A DNA stretch of 64,000 nucleotides, taken from NCBI GenBank assembly GCA_963674705.1, contig OY771506.1, forward strand, positions 1,184,001 to 1,248,000. The letters run 5' to 3'. Shown piece by piece: positions 46,662-56,211 of this stretch; position 1 is the first letter of the stretch, and each line of letters starts with the position of its first letter. The notes below the pieces were generated by a model, which was not told the origin of the DNA, did no database searches, and was given only the letters and a program-made list of their open reading frames with translations. Source of the DNA: Phycisphaeraceae bacterium (GTDB taxonomy: Bacteria; Planctomycetota; Phycisphaerae; Phycisphaerales; Phycisphaeraceae). A program made the position numbers and the translations under genes.

Positions 46662-49595
46662 ATGATACGGCGTGCACTCCTGGCTTGGTTGGGTGTGTGG
46701 CTGTTGTGTTGCGCAGCCGTCAGCGCGGAATTCAAACCCCCCGCGCTCACTGAAGGCAAGACCGCTGAAGACTTCGGCGGCAAGACCGTTCTGATCGTCC
46801 ACTACCGCCGAGACGCTGCGGACTACGCCGGTTGGAACCTCTGGGCGTGGCACGGGCAGGCCGAAGGCGCCGCCTATGACTTCACCGGTTCGGACGACTA
46901 CGGCCTCTACGCCGTCGCCGTCTACGAAGAGCCCCAACAAAAGATCGGCTTCATCATCCGACGAGGTGACTGGCTCGAAAAAGATGTTGATGAGGACCGG
47001 ATGGTCGAAGCCAACGCCGACGGTATCGCCGAGATATGGGTCCGTCAGGACCGGCTATCTTTTGATACGACCCCCCCACTGATCGATGAAGTCCAAAACG
47101 TCAAACCGGCGGGCCAATCCGGTGACCTCGATCAACTGGACTTCCCGTCTATCGCCCCACCCTCGGCCGAGGCGGTTGGGGCTGAGGGTGTTGTGATCTT
47201 GCACTACCATCGGCCGGACGGCCGATACGACGAGTGGAATGCCTGGGTCTGGGCGGAAGGCAACCAGGGCGGAGCTTATCCTATGCAAGGCAGGGATAAC
47301 TTCGGCGTGTACGCCCAGGTTTTACTCAATGAGCCGGCAGATCGTGTAGGCTTTATCATCCGCCATGGTGATTGGCAGGAACGAGAGGGCGACCAGGATC
47401 GTTTTGTATCCTTAAACGCCTCGGGGGTGGCGGAAGTGTGGATTTTGGCCGGTGAGGAACGTGTGTATATGGACCCCGCGAACCTGGAATTTTCATTACG
47501 TATTCAACGGGCATTGCTTGACGCTCCGGACAAGCTGTACGTCCGCTTGAACCGTCCGGCCAAGGCCGACCAACTCAGCGACCCGCCCGGTTGGATCGAA
47601 GCCGACGGCAAACGTTACCCGGTCGGCGAACTGCGGACCCTGGGGCACGGCGAGGCCGGCTCACGTGACCTGATGATCACCCTCACCGAGCCGATCGCAC
47701 TCGACGCGGTTTCACGTTCGATGATACTCACGCTGCCGGGGCTCGAACCAGCCATCGTCTACGCTCGTGATATTCTCACGGATAAAGCCTTCCACGATCT
47801 CGGCGCCACACTCGGCAGCGATCACACGCCACAAGCCACCGCATTCGCGACATGGTCACCTGTCGCGGATCAGGTTGAACTGCTGCTGTACAAGTCGGCG
47901 GACGATACCGAGCCTTACGAAGTCCACGACATGCACAAAGGCACCGGTTCGGTCTGGCGCACGCGCGTAGAGGGCGATCTGGACGGTGTGTATTACCTCT
48001 ACCGGTTCACATCCTACGATGAAGTCCGCGAGGTCCCGGATATCTACTGCAAGGCCGCGACCAGCGACAGCAGTCGTTCGATGGTCATCAACCTCGACCG
48101 CACCGATCCGCCCGGCTGGGATGAAGATAAGTCACCTACGCCCGCAAGCCCGACGGATGAAGTCATCTACGAAATCCACGTGCGTGACTACTCGATCGCA
48201 GACAAGTCCTGCCCACCCGAGCAGCGCGGCAAGTACCTGGGGCTGATACATAAAAACGATGCCGAACTTGCCACGGGTATTTCACATCTCAAGCAACTCG
48301 GCGTAACGACCGTGCACCTGCTGCCCGTGCAGGACTTCACCGCCACGATGGATGAATACAACTGGGGCTACTGGACCGCCCTGTTCAACGTGCCCGAAGC
48401 GCAGTATTCGACCGACTACGACGACCCGGCCCAGGCGATCAAAGACTTCAAGACAATGGTCAAGGGGCTGCACGATGCGGGTATCCGTGTTGTGATGGAT
48501 GTGGTGTACAACCACACGAGTTCGTCCTTCGCCGCCTCGCCATTCGATCAGACCGTGCCGTGGTATTACTTCCGCACGACGCCGGGCGGACGGCTGCGTA
48601 ACGAATCAGGTACGGGCAACGCCATCGCAGACGAACGTCCGATGGTCCGCAAGTACATCGTGGATTCGTTGGTTTACTGGGTCGAGGAATACCACATCGA
48701 CGGCTTCCGTTTCGACCTGCTGGGCATGACCCATAAGGAAACTGTCGAGAAGATCGAAAGAACGCTGCACGAGATACGCCCGGACATCCTGATCTACGGC
48801 GAACCCTGGACCGGCGGCGGCCCGACCTACTTCCCCAAAGGCGCGCAGAAGAAAATGCACGTCGCCGTCTTCAACGACCACTTCCGCAACGCCATCCGCG
48901 GCGACCTCGACGGTGTCGCGCAGGGCTTTGCCATGGGCGGCGGACACGATCGCGAAATCCGTAACGGCCTCGCCGGTGCGATCGACGACTTCGCCGAAAA
49001 CCCCACCGAAACCATCAACTACGTCTCCGCGCACGACAACCGCACGCTCTGGGATAAACTCACGCACACACTTCCGGATGCGGACGATGCTACAAAACGT
49101 GACATACAAAAGCTCTCGCTCGGTCTGGTCCTGACCGCACAAGGCATCCCCTTCCTGCATGGCGGCAGCGACTTCTGCCGAACCAAACTCGGCAACCACA
49201 ACTCCTACAACGCCGGCGACGCGGTCAACAGGTTCGACTGGCAACGCAAGGCCGAGTACCGCGATGTCTTCGACTATGTCAGCGGCCTGATCACGTTGCG
49301 CCGCGAACACCCCGCGTTCCGCATGACCCAACGCAAACAGATCCGCAAACACATGAACTTCCACGACGGGCCCGGCCCGGTCTGGTATGAACTTGATGGC
49401 GCCGCGGTGGGCGACTCATGGCCTGCCATCATCGCGGCATACAACGGCTCGGTGGACCCGCAGTCGATCAAACTGCCCGAAGGTACATGGAAGATTGTTG
49501 TCAACCACGAACGGGCCGGCGTCGAAACACTCGGTGAAACCTCCGGCAAAGTCGAACTGCCCCCCCACTCCATGATGGTGCTCTATCGTGATTGA
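46662..49595 (+). CDS. pulA: Type I pullulanase (GH13) with two CBM41-like domains
   Basis: Signal peptide; two HY.R....Y..WN.W.W modules; IYEIHVRD, YNWGY, DVVYNH, GFRFDLLG, GEPW, SAHDN. Confidence 0.88.
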   Translation: MIRRALLAWLGVWLLCCAAVSAEFKPPALTEGKTAEDFGGKTVLIVHYRRDAADYAGWNLWAWHGQAEGAAYDFTGSDDYGLYAVAVYEEPQQKIGFIIRRGDWLEKDVDEDRMVEANADGIAEIWVRQDRLSFDTTPPLIDEVQNVKPAGQSGDLDQLDFPSIAPPSAEAVGAEGVVILHYHRPDGRYDEWNAWVWAEGNQGGAYPMQGRDNFGVYAQVLLNEPADRVGFIIRHGDWQEREGDQDRFVSLNASGVAEVWILAGEERVYMDPANLEFSLRIQRALLDAPDKLYVRLNRPAKADQLSDPPGWIEADGKRYPVGELRTLGHGEAGSRDLMITLTEPIALDAVSRSMILTLPGLEPAIVYARDILTDKAFHDLGATLGSDHTPQATAFATWSPVADQVELLLYKSADDTEPYEVHDMHKGTGSVWRTRVEGDLDGVYYLYRFTSYDEVREVPDIYCKAATSDSSRSMVINLDRTDPPGWDEDKSPTPASPTDEVIYEIHVRDYSIADKSCPPEQRGKYLGLIHKNDAELATGISHLKQLGVTTVHLLPVQDFTATMDEYNWGYWTALFNVPEAQYSTDYDDPAQAIKDFKTMVKGLHDAGIRVVMDVVYNHTSSSFAASPFDQTVPWYYFRTTPGGRLRNESGTGNAIADERPMVRKYIVDSLVYWVEEYHIDGFRFDLLGMTHKETVEKIERTLHEIRPDILIYGEPWTGGGPTYFPKGAQKKMHVAVFNDHFRNAIRGDLDGVAQGFAMGGGHDREIRNGLAGAIDDFAENPTETINYVSAHDNRTLWDKLTHTLPDADDATKRDIQKLSLGLVLTAQGIPFLHGGSDFCRTKLGNHNSYNAGDAVNRFDWQRKAEYRDVFDYVSGLITLRREHPAFRMTQRKQIRKHMNFHDGPGPVWYELDGAAVGDSWPAIIAAYNGSVDPQSIKLPEGTWKIVVNHERAGVETLGETSGKVELPPHSMMVLYRD

Positions 49596-49645
49596 TCGGG
49601 ATGTGCGCAACGAGATTGTGACTGACTGATGGAGCACGAACAGCC

Positions 49646-52408
49646 ATGCTGATGACGGTTCGCCAAAGCGCTCGCAAGTTGAAGCGATTAAACACGATCG
49701 TGCTGCTTTGCATGATCGGTTTGTCGCTGGCCGCGTGCGCGTCGGCGATGCGCGTCTCAAAACAGCACACGCTCTCTTTAAATGAATCAGACGCGCCACC
49801 CGCGCTGCGAATGATTCCAACCGAAACCGAAAACGGCCTCGTTTATCGCTATCGCTTCCAGGATCTGGACAAATCAACATGGGTTGGCGTACGCACGGAC
49901 ACCGGCATAGATAAGCTTCTCCTCAAGCCTGTCCATGGCAGTGCAATTGTTGAGTATCGACCCGACACAGATGAATTGCTGCAACTCTCAGGTACGTGGC
50001 ATCTGTTTGAATACAAGCCCGCCGATGATGTTGAACCACAAACGGTTCACCTGGCCGGTTCTTTCAACGGCTGGTCGACCCACGCGCTACCGATGTTCAA
50101 CCGTGGCGATGATGTTTACCTCGCCCTGTTGAAACTGCCCGAGGGTGTGCACTGGTACAAGTTTGTCGTCAACGGCGGCACGTGGATCAACGACCCGGCC
50201 AGCGACAAGGAATTCGAGCAGCCGGATGGGAACTACGGCGTGAACTCCGCGGTGCTCGTCGGTGTCGATGCCCGTCACCTGCCTGCGCCGCAGCCGAACC
50301 ACATCGAAGCCTCGGCGGTTATTCATGATCCGGGCGATGTCCCAGACCGGGCGGCGGCTTCGCAATCACTATTGCGTCTGAGTATCCGTGTGCAGGCCGG
50401 CGATGTGGATCGCGTGTCGGCGCTCGTCGCGGCCGGCGACACGAAAGATTGGCAACACTACACGCTGCAACCCTGCGGCGAACAGGTCGGCCTCGAACGT
50501 TACGGCGCATTGATCCAGGTCGACGACCGACCGGTCAGCTACCTCTTCGAGTTGGTCGATGGCGACTTTACCCAATACCGCTCTGCCGACGGCCTCTTTG
50601 ACTCACTCGAACAGGCAAAACATTCCGCCTATACCTGCAAGATGTTGCCGTCCTTCGTCACGCCTGATTGGGCGAAGGATGCAGTGTGGTACCAGGTTTT
50701 CCCCGAACGCTTCCGCAATGGCGAAACATCCAACGACCCGCCGGACATGCAGCGGTGGCAGGCCGACTGGTGGGCCACATTGCCCGGCGAGGTTGAAGGC
50801 GAAGAAAACTTCTACCGCGGCCACGGTAACGTCTGGCGCAGACGCTTCGGCGGCGACATCCAGGGCGCTCGCGAAGCACTGCCCTACCTGCGCAAACTCG
50901 GTGTCAACACGCTCTACTTCAACCCGCTCTTTGAAGCCCGGAGCATGCACAAGTACGACACCAGCGACTTCCGCCACATCGACGACAACTTCACACTCAA
51001 GTATGACCCCGCCATCCTCGAAAACGAAACCGACGACCCCGCCACCTGGGTCTGGACGCCCGGCGATCAACTCTTCCTCGACTTCATCGAAGAAGCACAC
51101 CGCCAGGGATTCAAAGTCGTCATAGACGGCGTCTTCAATCACGTCGGCGAATGGCACTACGCGTTCCGCGATGTTTTAGAGAACGGCAAAGACTCTCGCT
51201 ACGCCGACTGGTTCGAGATCATCGACTGGGGCGATGGCGGCGAACCCGGCAAGCCCGGCGGCATCCAGTGGCGCGGCTGGGATCGCGACAATGGCCAACT
51301 GCCGTTACTGAAAAAAGACCCGGTGCATGGCCTGGCCGACGGCCCGCGTCAACACATCTTCGATATCACAACGCGGTGGATGGCGCCCAACGGCGATCCG
51401 TCCAAGGGTATCGACGGCTGGCGCCTCGACGTCGCGCCCGATATCCCGCACCCCTTCTGGATCGAGTGGCGCAAACACGTCAAGTCCATCAATCCCGATG
51501 CCATCATCACCGGCGAGGTCTGGACGTGGGCGCAGCCCTGGCTCGAAGGCGATCAGTTCGATGCGGTGATGAACTACCAGTTCGCCATCCCCGCGCAGGA
51601 CTTCTTCGTCGATGTGAAAACGTGCATTAGTCCAAGTGAGTTTTCTGCGCTGCTCAATCAGTTGGTCTATGCCTACCCGTTGCAGGCCGCGCTGGTCATG
51701 CAGAACATGCTCGACAGCCACGACACCGACCGCCTTGCATCCATGTTCGTCAATCCCGACCGCGGTTACGACACCACCAACCGCATGCAGGATACCGGCC
51801 CCGACTACAGCCTCGATAAACCCAACACCGAGCAACGCAAGCGCATGAAGCAGCAGCTCGTCTGCCAGATGACATTTGTCGGCGCTCCGATGATCTACTA
51901 CGGCACGGAAGCCGGCATGTGGGGCCCGGATGATCCCTCCAACCGCATGCCCATGATATGGCAGGACCTGATGCCTTACGACGATCCGAACGTCACCTTC
52001 GACCAGGACCTGTTCGATTGGTATCAGCGCCTGATCGCTCTTCGCCACGGTCTGCCCCCGCTGCGCCGCGGCTTCTTCCGCACACTCATCGCGGATGATG
52101 AAACCGGCGTTCTGGCTTACGCCCGCGACCTCGACAACGACCACGTCTACATCGTCCTTAACCGCTCGGCTGAGTCGCGGCAGGTTACGCTGAACCTCGC
52201 CGCGAATGGTGAGGGCGTGCAGCTGATCGACTGGCTCGATCCCACCCAGGCCCACATTGTGCCGGCCGACCCCGCCGACCCGACCGCGCGGCCGAAGCTG
52301 ATTGTGAACGAAGACAACGGCGATAAACTTATATATAACAGCACCGTTATACTTACGCTCCCGGCCTACGGGTCGGCGGTACTGTCAGACAGGCAGCAGA
52401 TGAGATAA
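49646..52408 (+). CDS. GH13 neopullulanase/cyclomaltodextrinase-like alpha-amylase with CBM48
   Basis: LAGSFNGW..YKFVVNG, WYQVFPERF, DGVFNH, GWRLDVA, GEVW, LDSHD. Confidence 0.9.
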   Translation: MLMTVRQSARKLKRLNTIVLLCMIGLSLAACASAMRVSKQHTLSLNESDAPPALRMIPTETENGLVYRYRFQDLDKSTWVGVRTDTGIDKLLLKPVHGSAIVEYRPDTDELLQLSGTWHLFEYKPADDVEPQTVHLAGSFNGWSTHALPMFNRGDDVYLALLKLPEGVHWYKFVVNGGTWINDPASDKEFEQPDGNYGVNSAVLVGVDARHLPAPQPNHIEASAVIHDPGDVPDRAAASQSLLRLSIRVQAGDVDRVSALVAAGDTKDWQHYTLQPCGEQVGLERYGALIQVDDRPVSYLFELVDGDFTQYRSADGLFDSLEQAKHSAYTCKMLPSFVTPDWAKDAVWYQVFPERFRNGETSNDPPDMQRWQADWWATLPGEVEGEENFYRGHGNVWRRRFGGDIQGAREALPYLRKLGVNTLYFNPLFEARSMHKYDTSDFRHIDDNFTLKYDPAILENETDDPATWVWTPGDQLFLDFIEEAHRQGFKVVIDGVFNHVGEWHYAFRDVLENGKDSRYADWFEIIDWGDGGEPGKPGGIQWRGWDRDNGQLPLLKKDPVHGLADGPRQHIFDITTRWMAPNGDPSKGIDGWRLDVAPDIPHPFWIEWRKHVKSINPDAIITGEVWTWAQPWLEGDQFDAVMNYQFAIPAQDFFVDVKTCISPSEFSALLNQLVYAYPLQAALVMQNMLDSHDTDRLASMFVNPDRGYDTTNRMQDTGPDYSLDKPNTEQRKRMKQQLVCQMTFVGAPMIYYGTEAGMWGPDDPSNRMPMIWQDLMPYDDPNVTFDQDLFDWYQRLIALRHGLPPLRRGFFRTLIADDETGVLAYARDLDNDHVYIVLNRSAESRQVTLNLAANGEGVQLIDWLDPTQAHIVPADPADPTARPKLIVNEDNGDKLIYNSTVILTLPAYGSAVLSDRQQMR

Positions 52409-52521
52409 ATCCCCGCCAGCAGGCTCCAGGCACGGTTGGTGGTAGAAAAATATAGCAAATATGCTATAGTAAACAAAATCAGACCCACCGCTCGCATGCG
52501 GCACCTTTGGAGGTAAACACC

Positions 52522-54981
52522 ATGACCCTGGCCCGCGTACTTCGATGGCTCCTGGCCTTCGCGGCGGCGCTGGTCATCGTCTGGTCGTTCTTCGACGTCG
52601 GCATCCGGGCCGTCAAACGCTGGGACCTCACCAACAGCGACACACGTACCGAACTGACCATCCTCCACTGGGGCGACAACGACGAAATCGAGATCGTCCA
52701 GAAACTCGTCGACCAGTTCGAGGCCGAGCACCCGGATATCAAGATCAACCGGCTGCACGCTTCGGACTACATGACCAAGCTCAACACCATGTTTGCTGCG
52801 GGCGATCCGCCGGACCTGTTCTACCTTCCAGCAGAAGAAGTGCCCAAGATGGCGGGCATGGGACTGCTCGCCCCGATCGACGACCGCATCGATCAGGATG
52901 TTAAAGAAACCGGCAACGACTGGATCAGCGACTTCTTCCCTGTCATCGTCAACGCCTACCGCTTCCAGGACGGTGTCATCGGCGAGGGGCCTCTCTACGG
53001 CATCCCTAAAGACTTCACGCCCATGGTCATGTACGCCAACCTCCAGCTCTTCCAAAGGGCCGGCGTCAAAGTGCCATACGACGGCTGGACGTGGGATGAG
53101 TTCGAAGAGGACATGAAGAAGATCAGCGCCCTGGAAGACCCCAACGGCAAGGTCTACGGCTCGGTCATCGCAAGCTGGGCGCTGGTCCTCCGTGACATCG
53201 TCTGGTCGCATGGCGGGGACTACTTCAATGGCAGCGACTTCGAAGACGTCACCGTCGATGAACCCGAAGCCGTCGCCGCCCTCGAACGCATCCGCCGGAT
53301 GCGCTTTGTTGATAAGACCGCCTACAACGCATCCAGCGGCGACGCACAGGGCCTCGGTGAACAGGAGTTCTACACCGGCCGCGTCGGTGTCGTCGGACCG
53401 ATCGGTCGATGGAAGACGCCTCGCTTCCGCTCGATCGACAGCTTCGACTGGGATGTCGTTCCCATGCCGCACACGCCCGGCGTACCTCGTGCTACCGCGA
53501 TCGCGACCACTGCATGGTCCATGTCGTCTACTACGGAACACCCGGATGAAGCCTTCGAGTTATTGAAGTTCCTCTGCGGGCCCGACGGCCAGGTACTCAC
53601 CGCCCAGTCCGGCCTCGCCGTGCCTTGCATCCGCTCGGTTGCGGAAAGCGATGACTTCCTTCAACTCAACCAGCGCCCCGCCAACGCGAAACTTTTCGTC
53701 GACTTGATCGACGTCAGCCGACTCGGGCAGTTGCCTGCTGAATCCGAGTTTGTCCGCATCCTTCAGGACGAGACCGAACGCGCGATCCGTTTGAATCAGA
53801 AAACACCGCAGCAGGCCGCGAAAGATATCCAGTCGCGCTGGCTCGAGGAATTGAAGTCGCCGTTGCGTAACCGCTCTTATCCGAAGATGCCCTGGAAGAT
53901 CGTGACATCTTCCGCGGCGGGGCTGCTTTTCGTAGCCATCGTCGTCTTGTTCCTCTGGTTGCGTCGCGAAAAACTCGGCGCGATCGATCGTGCTCAAGAA
54001 CGTGCGGGCTGGATATTTATCTCGCCTTGGATCATCGGCTTCCTGCTCTTGACCTTCGGCCCGATGCTGATATCGCTGCTGCTGGCGCTTTCGCGCTGGA
54101 CGAGTATGCAGCCATTACACGAAGCCGAATTCGTCGGCCTGGCGAACTTCGGCCACATGGTCAACTACGACTCCAACTTCCTTACCAGTGTGTGGGTCAC
54201 CACCTATTACGCACTGCTGGCCGTGCCGTTCGGCCAGGTACTGGCGTTACTCGTTGCTGTGCTGATGAACCAGAAAGTCCGCGGCATCGCGGTCTACCGC
54301 ACCATCTTCTTCGTCCCCTCCGTCGTCTCCGGCGTCGCGCTGGCGACGTTGTGGGTGATGATGTTCGATGACCAGAAAGGCATCATCAACCGGATACTGG
54401 CACCGTTTTGTGGGGTGATTAATAGTCCGGGTTGGATTCGATCCTATTTTGATTTAAGCAAAGATGCACTAGAACAGTTGTGGTACTGGGGCATTGGCCC
54501 ACACAATCCAGTTCATATCGCCCCCCCCGACTGGTTCGGCCAGGATGCGCAATACTTCGCGATCCCCGCATACGTCATCATGGCCCTGTGGGGCGTCGGC
54601 GCCGGCATGGTGATCTACCTTGCGGGCCTCAAGGGCATCCCCGAATCGCTCTACGAAGCCGCGACCATCGACGGGGCCGGCCGCATGCGTGCGTTTTTCA
54701 ATGTCACGCTCCCGCAGCTATCGCCGTTGATCTTCTTCAACCTCGTCATGGGCATCATTGGTTCGTTCCAGGTTTTCACGCAGGTCTACGTCATGACTAA
54801 CGGCGGACCCGGCAACGCAACACTCGTCTACGTCCTGAAGCTCTACCGCGAAGCCTTCGAATACCACAAGATGGGTTACGCCTCCGCGATGGCGTGGGTC
54901 CTGTTCCTTGTTCTGCTTGTACTCACCCTCTTCGTCGTCAAGACAAGCAAGAGCTGGGTCCATTATGAGGGGCTCAAATAA
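52522..54981 (+). CDS. Fused sugar ABC solute-binding protein + permease
   Basis: GGAGG RBS; SBP region then TM helices with LYEAATIDGA. Confidence 0.9.
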   Translation: MTLARVLRWLLAFAAALVIVWSFFDVGIRAVKRWDLTNSDTRTELTILHWGDNDEIEIVQKLVDQFEAEHPDIKINRLHASDYMTKLNTMFAAGDPPDLFYLPAEEVPKMAGMGLLAPIDDRIDQDVKETGNDWISDFFPVIVNAYRFQDGVIGEGPLYGIPKDFTPMVMYANLQLFQRAGVKVPYDGWTWDEFEEDMKKISALEDPNGKVYGSVIASWALVLRDIVWSHGGDYFNGSDFEDVTVDEPEAVAALERIRRMRFVDKTAYNASSGDAQGLGEQEFYTGRVGVVGPIGRWKTPRFRSIDSFDWDVVPMPHTPGVPRATAIATTAWSMSSTTEHPDEAFELLKFLCGPDGQVLTAQSGLAVPCIRSVAESDDFLQLNQRPANAKLFVDLIDVSRLGQLPAESEFVRILQDETERAIRLNQKTPQQAAKDIQSRWLEELKSPLRNRSYPKMPWKIVTSSAAGLLFVAIVVLFLWLRREKLGAIDRAQERAGWIFISPWIIGFLLLTFGPMLISLLLALSRWTSMQPLHEAEFVGLANFGHMVNYDSNFLTSVWVTTYYALLAVPFGQVLALLVAVLMNQKVRGIAVYRTIFFVPSVVSGVALATLWVMMFDDQKGIINRILAPFCGVINSPGWIRSYFDLSKDALEQLWYWGIGPHNPVHIAPPDWFGQDAQYFAIPAYVIMALWGVGAGMVIYLAGLKGIPESLYEAATIDGAGRMRAFFNVTLPQLSPLIFFNLVMGIIGSFQVFTQVYVMTNGGPGNATLVYVLKLYREAFEYHKMGYASAMAWVLFLVLLVLTLFVVKTSKSWVHYEGLK

Positions 54982-54982
54982 A

Positions 54983-56065
54983 ATGGCGAATGACGAAGCA
55001 CGAATGTCGAAAGAATGTCCAAATGATGAAAATCAAATGGCGGTAGAGTCGGCTCATTCGTCATTCGAGCCCCGCTCCCGCAGGCGCCCCGACGGTCATA
55101 CCATTCTGGTCTATTCCCTGCTCTTCTTCGGCGCTTTCCTGCTGCTGGTCCCGTTCTACTGGATGATCTCTAACAGCCTGAAGACCGAAGCCGAAGCAAG
55201 CAAGATCCCGCCGACGCTGCTGCCCATGGCGTCCTACATCAATGTTGAAGGTGAATCCATCGAAGTCGCGCTCGGCGAAAAGTTCGACGACGGCACGATC
55301 CGCGTCACACTCAAAGCAGGCGAAAACGATCCTCGCACGGGTAGCGAATACATCGTTCAGGAATCGGACATCGAGCGTAAACTCACACCGCGCTGGGAGA
55401 ACTACCCCAACTCGCTGAAGCACATGAAGTTCACGAACGCCTTGGCGAACACCACCGTCATCACCGTGCTCTGCGTGATCGGTCAGATCCTCTCATCGAG
55501 CCTCGTTGGCTTCGGCTTTGCACGATTCCGTTTCCGCGGACGTAACTTCCTGTTCATGTTGATGCTTTCGACGATGATGCTCCCGCCGCAGGTCAGCATG
55601 ATCCCGCTGTTTATCATCTTCCGTCATCTGGGCATGATCGATTCGATCTGGCCGCTGGTCATCCCGATGTGGTTGGGTTCGCCGTTCTACGTCTTCATGT
55701 TCCGCCAGTTCTTCACGCAGGTCCCCGAAGAATTGGTCGAAGCGGCGCGCATCGACGGCGCGGGCAACCGGAAGATCTACTGGTGGCTGATGCTGCCGCT
55801 ATCCGGCCCCGTCATCGCGATCGTCGCGATCTACACGTTCATGTTTACGTGGAACGACTTCCTCGGCCCGCTGATCTACCTCAACAGCCCCGAGAACCGC
55901 ACACTCACCCTCGCGCTCAACGCATTCAACGGCCAGTACGGCACCACCAGCGTGCAACTGCTCATGGCCGCAAGCTTCGTCACCATGCTCCCCTGCATCC
56001 TCCTGTTCTTCGCCGCCCAACGCTACTTCGTGCAGAGCACCGCAAGCAGCGGGTTGAAGGGCTGA
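54983..56065 (+). CDS. Carbohydrate ABC transporter permease (MalG-like)
   Basis: ELVEAARIDGA, WNDFLGPL; start 54983 or 55037. Confidence 0.9.
   Translation: MANDEARMSKECPNDENQMAVESAHSSFEPRSRRRPDGHTILVYSLLFFGAFLLLVPFYWMISNSLKTEAEASKIPPTLLPMASYINVEGESIEVALGEKFDDGTIRVTLKAGENDPRTGSEYIVQESDIERKLTPRWENYPNSLKHMKFTNALANTTVITVLCVIGQILSSSLVGFGFARFRFRGRNFLFMLMLSTMMLPPQVSMIPLFIIFRHLGMIDSIWPLVIPMWLGSPFYVFMFRQFFTQVPEELVEAARIDGAGNRKIYWWLMLPLSGPVIAIVAIYTFMFTWNDFLGPLIYLNSPENRTLTLALNAFNGQYGTTSVQLLMAASFVTMLPCILLFFAAQRYFVQSTASSGLKG
54987..55067. repeat. Inverted CGAATGA/TCATTCG heptamer arrays
   Basis: CGAATGACGAA (54987-54997) is the exact reverse complement of TTCGTCATTCG (55057-55067). Confidence 0.75.
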
Positions 56066-56211
56066 TGCGCTCTGCGCTCAGCGCGGGTCTCCCGCCCCCG
56101 CCGTAAAACATGACCGAAGGTCTCCATGGCTCAAGAACCGCGCCGAGCCAAGAAAAACCTTTACATGTAACCCGCCGCCCCATACCATCGTATGAGTTGG
56201 CGGGAGCTTTC

